In this document: piece after piece, positions 1-8,193 of the stretch
How the letters are laid out: each line of letters starts with the position of its first letter
Position numbering within the stretch: the first letter of the stretch is position 1
Origin: Cyanobacteria bacterium P01_D01_bin.156
Lineage (GTDB): Bacteria > Cyanobacteriota > Cyanobacteriia > Phormidesmidales > Phormidesmidaceae
Assembly (NCBI GenBank): GCA_039024555.1
Contig: JBCCQQ010000001.1
Span: forward strand, 320,001 to 384,000
Reading direction: 5' to 3'
Length of the DNA: 64,000 bases
The notes under the pieces: model-generated
What the model was told of the DNA's origin: nothing
What the model saw: the letters and a program-made list of their open reading frames with translations, nothing else
Databases searched by the model: none
Made by a program: the position numbers and the translations under genes

Positions 1-1736
1 TAGTCGGTGGTGACATCATTTTAGAACCAGCGCCTGCTAATCAATTTGGGCTTGGAGGAGGCCTGAGTGCTCCTAGCGGTCGCATTGAGCTCGGCGGTCT
101 CAAGGAACCAGGGAGTATTCAACTAGATATAACCGATGGTAAACCAAGCCTAGCCTATGGAGATAATGCACCGCTGGCTGATATATCTATTCGTGGAGCT
201 ACCTTAGACGTATCCGACTTTTTTAATGGAGCAGGGGACATTGTTGCAACAGCAAATACGTTTTCTGCTTTAAAGAGTTCTCTCACAAGTATCATATTGC
301 TTAGCTCAGAAAATGCAGGGAATATTTTGATCCAAACCAACGAGGAAGTCAGCCTCAAAGATTTTACTAATATTTCAAGTAATACTTCAGGTTCTGGGAC
401 GGGAGGAACAATAAAAGTTATCACTAACAGTTTCTCTGTAGAAGAGAGTTCTGGTCTATCTGTGAGCACATTTGGACCAGGCAGTAGTGGACAAATTATC
501 GTAGAAGCTGAAACAATTGCTCTTAGTGATGATAGTGGTATTAACAGTGAAGCCTCACTAGGTGATCCTGGAAAAATTCAAATTAGTACTGCATCACTCC
601 AACTGGATAATGTTTCGCAGATATCAACATTAACTGATGAAAATGCACTAGACAAAGATACAGCAGGCAATATAGATATTGAAGCACGAGATTCGATTAC
701 GTTACTCAATAACAGTACTATCCAAAGCCAAACTCTTGGCCAGAGAAATGCCAGCCCTATCACACTAACAACATCAAATCTCAATATTCAAAGTCTCTCC
801 AGCATCTCAGCTAGTACCAGCGGCACTGGTTCAGGTGGTCCAATCAACATCAATGCATTAGATACCGTCACCCTGAATGATGAAGGCACCATTGCCGCCA
901 GCTCTACGGGTTCAGGTCCTGCAGGGGATATTTCCATACGCGCCGACAATCAACTGCGAGTAGATGATGGAGCCGCTATCACCGTCAGCGGCACAAGTAG
1001 CGGCAACAGCGGTATCCTCAGGATCATCAGCGATATTGTCGTACTTGATGACGGCCAACTACTCGCCTCCGTAGCAGAAGGCGAAGATGGCAACATCAAC
1101 CTAAGCACCGACGCCCTAGTCCTGCGAGGCGATAGCCTAATCTCCGCCGAAGCCTTCAACAATGCCAACGGCGGCAACGTCGACATCACCGCTCCGTTCA
1201 TCATCGCCCTTTTCCCCGATGGTCCCAACGGTAGCGACATCATCGCCAGTGCCGACACCGGAAACGGAGGTCGCATTACCATCCAAGCCAATACCTTATT
1301 TAATATCGCCGAAAATCAAGCCATCGACGGTAACCGTACCAACGACCTCGACGCCACCTCCGGCACTGGCATCGATGGCGAAGTCATCATCACCACCCTC
1401 GAAGTCGACCCCGACGAAGGCACCCTGCGTTTACCCCCCAATTTGGCAGCCCCACCACTCAGAGAAGGCTGCCAAGCAGGCAGCAACGGCCAGTTTGTCA
1501 CCTCAGGGCAGGGAGGGCTCACACCCACCCCCTACGACTCCTTTAGCAACAGCGGTATCCAAGAAGACATTCATCCCCCCGGCCAAACCATCGCCGAAAT
1601 ATCTGAGCAGCCATCCAACAGCCTGATAGAAGCCGTCAGCTGGCACAAAAACAAACAGGGTGCTGTAGTTCTAGCACCAGCAAACACTACCTACCAAAGC
1701 GCCTGCCAGCAGACCGTTGCAGGAGGTACCTCCTGA
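1..1736 (+). CDS. Filamentous haemagglutinin-family (TpsA-like/S-layer family) exoprotein, 5'-truncated by the window edge
   Basis: The frame is open from position 3 (VGGDIIL...GGLSAPSGRIELGG). It has repeated G-x-G-G-x-I-x-I beta-helix units and the cyanobacterial C-terminal motifs FVTSGQGGL and LIEAVSW. Confidence 0.85.
   Translation, partial: VGGDIILEPAPANQFGLGGGLSAPSGRIELGGLKEPGSIQLDITDGKPSLAYGDNAPLADISIRGATLDVSDFFNGAGDIVATANTFSALKSSLTSIILLSSENAGNILIQTNEEVSLKDFTNISSNTSGSGTGGTIKVITNSFSVEESSGLSVSTFGPGSSGQIIVEAETIALSDDSGINSEASLGDPGKIQISTASLQLDNVSQISTLTDENALDKDTAGNIDIEARDSITLLNNSTIQSQTLGQRNASPITLTTSNLNIQSLSSISASTSGTGSGGPININALDTVTLNDEGTIAASSTGSGPAGDISIRADNQLRVDDGAAITVSGTSSGNSGILRIISDIVVLDDGQLLASVAEGEDGNINLSTDALVLRGDSLISAEAFNNANGGNVDITAPFIIALFPDGPNGSDIIASADTGNGGRITIQANTLFNIAENQAIDGNRTNDLDATSGTGIDGEVIITTLEVDPDEGTLRLPPNLAAPPLREGCQAGSNGQFVTSGQGGLTPTPYDSFSNSGIQEDIHPPGQTIAEISEQPSNSLIEAVSWHKNKQGAVVLAPANTTYQSACQQTVAGGTS
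1720..1735 (+). promoter_or_regulatory. Palindrome CAGGAGGTACCTCCTG pairing the Shine-Dalgarno of the CHAT gene with its complement
   Basis: Perfect 16-nt palindrome. It contains AGGAGG (1721-1726), overlaps the upstream TGA (1734-1736) and precedes the ATG at 1738. Confidence 0.55.
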
Positions 1737-1737
1737 T

Positions 1738-4569
1738 ATGAAAACGTTTTCTTCTCGACATTTCAGACTGTTACTCTCAGCGCTCCTCAGCTTTCTAATC
1801 ACCATCAATAGCCCCGCCTTTGCTGCACATTGGCAAAATACTTCAACACAAACGGCCAATAGCACAATTGTTGCTCAAGCCTCTACATCCTTACTACAGG
1901 TCGGCATCCGCCACTACCAAGCTACCGAGTATAGCGCTGCCATTAACAGCTGGAACCGAGCCCTAAATGCATCATCCGATGTCTTAACCCAGGCACTGTT
2001 GCTGAGCAATCTCTCCTTAGCCCATCAACACCTAAGCCAGTGGAGCAAGGCAAACCAAACCATTAGCCAAAGCTTAGAGCTCCTAGCAATTCCTACAGAA
2101 ACCACTGCCTACAGCGAAACCCTAGCCAAAGCCCTTAATACCCAAGGCCGCTTACACTGGGCAACCGGGGATACCGAAACCGCCCTAGTCACCTGGCGCA
2201 GAGCAACTGTCGCCTATCGCCAAGCTAACAATCTCCGAGGTACTCTGCTGAGCTTAATTAACCAGGCAAAAGCACTCCAAACCCTAGGGCAACATCTCCA
2301 GTCAGAAACAATTTTGCAGGAGGATGTATACCCCCTGCTGCAGAGTGAAGCAGTCGACCCAACACTGCGAGCAAGCGGGCTGTGGCAACTTGGCAATGCC
2401 GGACGTCAACTAGGTAAACTCTCGCTAGCAGAAGAGCATTTAAACGAAAGCCTTAAAATTATTGAACAACAACAGTTAGACCATATAAAGTCTTCCGTTC
2501 TGTTGGATTTAGCCAATACAGAACGGGCACTGGCAAGAAAAAAGAAAGCCATTGGGGAAAAATCCGAAGCAAGCAATCACCGGCAGCAGGCTCTGGAACA
2601 TTATCAGCAAGCGGTGGCCAGCACGAATGCACCGATGACGCAGCTCCAGGCAAATCTGAATCGGTTGAGCTTATTAATCGAGACGAAACAGTGGGCTGAC
2701 GCCAGTGCGCTGTGGCCAGACCTAGCACCTGATTTGGAGAATTTATTGCCTGGACGCACAACGGTCTATGCACAGTTGAATTTTGCCAACAGTTTGATGG
2801 AGCTGATGGAAGCAGCAGTCTCCTCCCCTGCTGCTTCCATCACTCAACGGTTCCCCTTGACAAGGGGAACCGTCAGGGAGGGGTTTCGATCCACTGCGCC
2901 AGTGACCGAACACCCCTCCGTTGGTTCCCCTTCACAAGGGGAACCGAGTGTAATGACAGTTCTGGCAAAAAAGCAGTCGGTTGTTCAGGCCCCCAAACCC
3001 CCAATGCTGGAGGCTTTGAATGTTCCTACGACGGATAAAATTGACGCTATTATCCGTAACGCTATCCGGCAGGCTGAGGCGATTGCTGATCCGATTGCAA
3101 CGTCCTACGGGATTGGGCAGCGGGGCAAACTCTATGAACTAACTAAGGACTACGCAAAAGCCCAGGAACTGACTCAGCAAGCGCTGCAGCTAACAGAACA
3201 ACAATCTTTTCCTGACGGTCGTTATCGCTGGGAATGGCAGCAGGGCCGTTTGTTTAACCACCAGGGCAGACAAGCAGAAGCCCTTGAAGCCTATGGCCAC
3301 GCGGTAGATACTCTGAAAACAATTCGTAGAAATTTATTGTTTATTGATGCGGAAGTTCAATTTTCGTTTCGAGATAATGTAGAACCCGTCTACCGAGAGT
3401 TGGTGGAACTGTTGTTAAGCAAAGACGCAAAGGATCTAGATGAAGCCACACTAGACCAAGCCGTAGAACAAATTGATAATCTGCAGCTCAGCGAGCTAGA
3501 AAACTTTTTGCGCTGCGACCTAACGGCAACGACGAAGATCAATCAGTTTGAGGTGGATGCCAGTACCGCCATTCTGCATCCGATTCTTCTGGAGCAGCGG
3601 TTGGGGGTGATTTCTCAATTTGAGAATGGAAAAAAATTTACCACATTTGACATTCCCAAGGCTGAGGCAAAAAAAGCTATCAAACAGCTGCGGAGCGACC
3701 TGAGTGAAGCTCCAGACCGCACACCAGCAGTTAGACAGACAGCCAAGCTGTTGTACCAGTGGCTAATAGCGCCCATTGAACCGGAGTTACAAAGGCGCAA
3801 TATTAAAACGCTGGTATTTGTACTGGATGGCCCACTGCGGAATATTCCCATGGCGGTTCTACTGGATGGGCAGCAGTATTTGATCGAGAAATATGCGATC
3901 GCAATTGCCCCAGAGCTAGAACTGTTCAAGCCCACTGCCCTCACCCAAGACCTCAAAGTCTTTACCGGTGGTGTCGGCACGCCTCAAGAAATCAATGGCA
4001 AGAAGTTTCCAATTATCGAAAAACTAGACGAAGAACTCGAACCCATTGATCAGCTCTTTGGCACACAGAAACCGGTTACCAATCAAGACTTTAACCGTGA
4101 CAACATAGCAGTAAAGCTGAGCAACAACAGGTTTTCTGGCATTCACATCAAGACCCACGGCGTCTTTAGCTCTGATCCCGACTCCACATTCATTGTGGGA
4201 CATGAAGAACTAATTAGTGGTGAAGACTTAGGCAATCTCATTCAGATCGGTAGCCGCCAAGGCACCATCCCCATTGAGCTATTGGTACTCAGCGCCTGTT
4301 CTACTGCCACAGGCGACAACAGAGCCATCCTAGGATTGGCGGGGATAGCAGTGCGAGCAGGAGCACGCAGCAGCCTATCTACCCTATGGGAAGCAGAAGA
4401 TATCCCCAATACAGAACTGATGATTCAGTTTTATCAGGAACTACAAACACCGAATATCACCAGGGCTCAAGCCTTGCAAAATGCCCAGCTAGCCCTGATG
4501 AAAAATCCGAGTTACGGAAGAATTCCCCATTATTGGGCTAGCTACGTACTAGTGGGTAACTGGCTTTAG
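1738..4569 (+). CDS. Secreted TPR + CHAT (caspase-like) domain protein
   Basis: Signal-peptide-like N-terminus ending AFAA, TPR-like helical repeats, and CHAT motifs LVFVLDGPL, HIKTHG (His), LSACST (Cys) and HYWASYVLVGNWL. ATG 1738 follows AGGAGG. Confidence 0.9.
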   Translation: MKTFSSRHFRLLLSALLSFLITINSPAFAAHWQNTSTQTANSTIVAQASTSLLQVGIRHYQATEYSAAINSWNRALNASSDVLTQALLLSNLSLAHQHLSQWSKANQTISQSLELLAIPTETTAYSETLAKALNTQGRLHWATGDTETALVTWRRATVAYRQANNLRGTLLSLINQAKALQTLGQHLQSETILQEDVYPLLQSEAVDPTLRASGLWQLGNAGRQLGKLSLAEEHLNESLKIIEQQQLDHIKSSVLLDLANTERALARKKKAIGEKSEASNHRQQALEHYQQAVASTNAPMTQLQANLNRLSLLIETKQWADASALWPDLAPDLENLLPGRTTVYAQLNFANSLMELMEAAVSSPAASITQRFPLTRGTVREGFRSTAPVTEHPSVGSPSQGEPSVMTVLAKKQSVVQAPKPPMLEALNVPTTDKIDAIIRNAIRQAEAIADPIATSYGIGQRGKLYELTKDYAKAQELTQQALQLTEQQSFPDGRYRWEWQQGRLFNHQGRQAEALEAYGHAVDTLKTIRRNLLFIDAEVQFSFRDNVEPVYRELVELLLSKDAKDLDEATLDQAVEQIDNLQLSELENFLRCDLTATTKINQFEVDASTAILHPILLEQRLGVISQFENGKKFTTFDIPKAEAKKAIKQLRSDLSEAPDRTPAVRQTAKLLYQWLIAPIEPELQRRNIKTLVFVLDGPLRNIPMAVLLDGQQYLIEKYAIAIAPELELFKPTALTQDLKVFTGGVGTPQEINGKKFPIIEKLDEELEPIDQLFGTQKPVTNQDFNRDNIAVKLSNNRFSGIHIKTHGVFSSDPDSTFIVGHEELISGEDLGNLIQIGSRQGTIPIELLVLSACSTATGDNRAILGLAGIAVRAGARSSLSTLWEAEDIPNTELMIQFYQELQTPNITRAQALQNAQLALMKNPSYGRIPHYWASYVLVGNWL
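2848..2945. repeat. Compound palindromic mini-element inserted in frame in the CHAT gene
   Basis: CGGTTCCCCTTG-A-CAAGGGGAACCG (2848-2872) and GGTTCCCCTTCACAAGGGGAACC (2923-2945) flank an inner stem GGAGGGGTTTCG...CGAACACCCCTCC. Confidence 0.75.
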
Positions 4570-5342
4570 TTTTCTACCAGTTCTACAGGGCCAAGGACAG
4601 GAGTCTGAATAAATTCAGCTAAATCCACAGACTCCAACAATTCTCCCCATTTTTGTTCTATAGCAATACAATCAGCAGTCTTGACAGCGCCTGGTGCTCG
4701 TTGAGCTTTCATACGATCTGCCAAACGCGCGATGGTGTCGTACCAAACCTCAGGCGAACTATCCATCACCTGCCGTTGCATTTCGGGTGTAGCAGCAACC
4801 CGATCGACCCAGCCATTGATATTAATGTTCGTCTTTGCTGTCGAGGTAGAGTTACAAAACAGTTTGAGATACCAGTGGTGACGCTCTCCTACTTCCAGAT
4901 TAGCAATGGCATCTGGCGGTAGGGTAATGCTGACTAAACCCGGTTGCTCAGGCAATACAAACTCAGCCCGGTATAGCCAATCCTCATCATTGGAGGTCAG
5001 GACAGAAAATTCACCCTTCTGAACTTCCGCCGCTGTGTAGGGCATGTAAAACCAAAATGTGGGACGCTCCGACAGAGTTTTGCCATACACAGTGACCGGA
5101 GTAATCGCCGTCAAGTCATGGGGCGTTTCAGGACACACATCCTCGCCCAGGCCACCTCCCGGTGTTCTTTCTCCAGTGGGTGGGGGTGTAGAGGGTGCAT
5201 CGGGTAAAGATGCTGTTCTCTGATCGCGCCCACCGTTGTCAATGGGATTAGGAATCGCTGACACACCAGCAGTTAACCCTAGATGACTAATCAGAACTGC
5301 CAAGACAAAACTGACGAAAGTTAAACGGTTTTGATATCGCAT
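4566..5342 (-). CDS. DUF928 domain protein
   Basis: Motifs TLSERPTFWFYMPY, GWVDRV, WYDTI and W..LL.SV.L; signal-like N-terminus; typical partner of CHAT/CHASE2 genes. Confidence 0.85.
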   Translation of the reverse strand: MRYQNRLTFVSFVLAVLISHLGLTAGVSAIPNPIDNGGRDQRTASLPDAPSTPPPTGERTPGGGLGEDVCPETPHDLTAITPVTVYGKTLSERPTFWFYMPYTAAEVQKGEFSVLTSNDEDWLYRAEFVLPEQPGLVSITLPPDAIANLEVGERHHWYLKLFCNSTSTAKTNININGWVDRVAATPEMQRQVMDSSPEVWYDTIARLADRMKAQRAPGAVKTADCIAIEQKWGELLESVDLAEFIQTPVLGPVELVEN

Positions 5343-5351
5343 ACTTCCTTC

Positions 5352-7799
5352 CTATGGATAACGTTTTATACTCAAAAGCTTCAAGAGCCCCTCTAGCCGT
5401 AGGAAACCATATTTGCGAGCTAACAAAACTCCAGCGGTTCCTAATAATGCTAACAGTGCTGGCACAAAAGGCACCCATCCCCCTTTAACCAAAATTACCA
5501 GACATAGCCAGTACAAGGCCCAGCCCGCCAATAGCAAAGCCAGGGCCAGCAGTGGAAAAACTCTAAAGGCACTCAGCCCCCATACCAGGACTCCACCCAG
5601 CAGTGCCCAGCTCCACATCCACAGCATGTCTCCCCACTGCACTCGCCCCCACTGAGGCAGCACCCAGATTAAACGACGCTTATTTAGCACCGCGCTGAGG
5701 ATATGACTCACACCGTGGGCATGAACCCACACACCAGGGAGTTCACCAAAGGGAGTCTCTCGATAGTCATTGCCTAGGGGATCGACCACACCGATTAAGA
5801 CGATGCGATCGCGAATGTCATCATCTGCGAACTTATCCGCCAGCACATCGCCAAAACTCATCCGAATGGCTGGCCTGGGCTTAAAGCGATAATTTAAGAG
5901 CAGCTGATTACTCTGACCATCCAGGTTCTGATAGGCGGCCGTCTGAGCCGCCAACCGTTTAAGTTTTACATCTCCTAACACCCATTGCCCGCTATCGTTC
6001 GCGTGTAACGGTTCCACCCCTTGACGCAACAAAAACCGTAGCGCTAGATTCAAACTCAAGCTGTAGGAAGTCACACAATCCGACGACTGATCATCCAGCT
6101 TGGCGTCATAGGACAGCAGCTGACGTCGTACAACAGATTTTCCCGGTTGAAAGGTGCCATCGGTTTCTAAATCACTAAACCCCACCTGCTCTTGAGACTG
6201 CTCAGGCGAAAACTCAGGAGGATGCCCCAAAATATCGCGGTCGCCTAACCCAAAGGAACAAACCGTGACCAGATCAGGAAAATCGTCAAACTGCTTGAGC
6301 AATTGATCTCGGCCCTCACCATTGGACTGATATCGATGTAAATCAACACCAATGGCAGCAGGGTCATGGCGACGTAGCTTAGTTAGCGCAGTTGCCAGCT
6401 GATCGTCATCAATCGGGTAACCATATTCATCCGTATCATCAGCCGTAATCTCTACCAGCAGGAGCCGATCATCAACAGGAAGACTGCTATCCCAGCCGAC
6501 GGGACGAGCACGCACCAAAGCATCGTAAGCTGACAACTCTAAAGGCTGCAATAATCCAAAGCTACGCAATCCGGTCAAAATCAATACCATCACCAGTGCT
6601 ATCGGCAGAATGAGCCTACGCAGGTCAACGTCTTCTGGCTTTGCTGTATCAAAATTGCCTGGTTGACGTAAAAAACGCTGAAACTTGACCGGCTGTTTTG
6701 GGTTACGCCAGTTAAATAAACCTGCCGTTGGATTTTGATAAATCACCGGCAACCAGCTAGCTCCAGGAAAATCACTCTCTAGACCTTGCAAATTCTGACG
6801 AGCAACACGAACTGACGAATAAAATGCCTCTCCCTGTGAAAATGATTGCAAAAATTTTTTAAGGAAGGTTTGGGCCACCTCATCTACCACTGGCTCCCGC
6901 ATGGCAATCAGTTGAGGCAGATTTAATCCTACGAGTTCTCTCGCTAAACCCAGACCATCACAGGAGTTAAAAATTGCTAGCTTTAAACCTTTCTCAATGG
7001 CATCTTTAAATGCAAATCTCAACTCAGCAATCGACAGTTTCTCATGCGCATTCAGGGAGAGTTGTTCCCGCATTTCTCCCATGGCATCTACAGCATGGCT
7101 GGTACTATGCCCTGCAAAAAAGAAGATATCCCAACCTACAGCATCATGCAAATATGCATCGAGCTCAGACCGCATAGGCTGCTGAAGAACAACTGTGTCC
7201 GCCGCAGAGCTTTCTAAGAAAAAACGATCTGGCTGCAGATCAAGACCATCACCGTAACCTAAAACCACCAAAATCCTCATTTGTTGACGGATACGGCTAG
7301 TAGGTACCTGCTGATAGCTCCTAGCACTGATAGCAATTTCAGCTTTTTGATAGTGCTCAATAAAACACCACAGATGCCAGGGTATTTTTTGCAAAAGCGG
7401 ATCTTCGGTTTCGATGATGAATCGAATATTTTCGTCGGTATCTAACTTAGTTCTAAGTTGTTGATCAATGTTGCGAAACTCTGACGCATTGAGCCACTGA
7501 TTAAGCCGCTTTTGTAGCTGTTTCTCCAGAGAGAGCAATGCTGGTGCTGAGACATTAGTGGGCTCAGTCTCGTCAAACTCAAAGGTGTTCGCCGAATGCC
7601 GAAACCGGGGAATGCCCTGTAGGGCAAGATATAGCTTTTGCCAGCGCTGGTATAGCAGTGGAATGTCTGGCGCACTGGGTAGACCACCCGTACACTGCAT
7701 TTTAGAAGCACCACCCTCTGAAAAAAGCTGTGCTGTAATGTTGGATAAACCGACATCACAGTTGCCTTCGCCTAACTTTAAGATAACGCACGAACTCAT
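5352..7799 (-). CDS. CHAT + CHASE2 domain membrane sensor
   Basis: N-terminal CHAT (FFFAGHS, IFNSCDGLG), one TM, CHASE2 (ELSAYD, AIGVDL, IVLIG, PGVWVHA) and three C-terminal TM helices. Confidence 0.9.
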   Translation of the reverse strand: MSSCVILKLGEGNCDVGLSNITAQLFSEGGASKMQCTGGLPSAPDIPLLYQRWQKLYLALQGIPRFRHSANTFEFDETEPTNVSAPALLSLEKQLQKRLNQWLNASEFRNIDQQLRTKLDTDENIRFIIETEDPLLQKIPWHLWCFIEHYQKAEIAISARSYQQVPTSRIRQQMRILVVLGYGDGLDLQPDRFFLESSAADTVVLQQPMRSELDAYLHDAVGWDIFFFAGHSTSHAVDAMGEMREQLSLNAHEKLSIAELRFAFKDAIEKGLKLAIFNSCDGLGLARELVGLNLPQLIAMREPVVDEVAQTFLKKFLQSFSQGEAFYSSVRVARQNLQGLESDFPGASWLPVIYQNPTAGLFNWRNPKQPVKFQRFLRQPGNFDTAKPEDVDLRRLILPIALVMVLILTGLRSFGLLQPLELSAYDALVRARPVGWDSSLPVDDRLLLVEITADDTDEYGYPIDDDQLATALTKLRRHDPAAIGVDLHRYQSNGEGRDQLLKQFDDFPDLVTVCSFGLGDRDILGHPPEFSPEQSQEQVGFSDLETDGTFQPGKSVVRRQLLSYDAKLDDQSSDCVTSYSLSLNLALRFLLRQGVEPLHANDSGQWVLGDVKLKRLAAQTAAYQNLDGQSNQLLLNYRFKPRPAIRMSFGDVLADKFADDDIRDRIVLIGVVDPLGNDYRETPFGELPGVWVHAHGVSHILSAVLNKRRLIWVLPQWGRVQWGDMLWMWSWALLGGVLVWGLSAFRVFPLLALALLLAGWALYWLCLVILVKGGWVPFVPALLALLGTAGVLLARKYGFLRLEGLLKLLSIKRYP

Positions 7800-8193
7800 C
7801 AGGACTGCTGAGGATTAAGCTGAAAACATGTCATTAACCATATCCTGCGCACAGGCGCAATACAGATACAAGCGCAACATACGTTCACAGCCCCCACTGG
7901 CTTAGCACAGCTTTCACCTCGTCATCTCACACACAGTATCTAAACAGCATTCTTAGCACAAATCCCCTATCACCTAAACTTAGGAGCTGTTAAGAAGCGA
8001 CATCACGGTTTAAGCCTGAAAAACTTGTTAAGCCATGATTTAAATTCACAAAGCCAGGATTCTATTTTTTTAAGAAGCCCTTAATAAGTCAGAGAGCAGA
8101 AAAATATGCTGACAAATCCAGAAAATGTCAGAAAGTAGCGTTGCGGATTTGGCATACACCGTCCACATCAACAAACATGATCACACTCAGACA

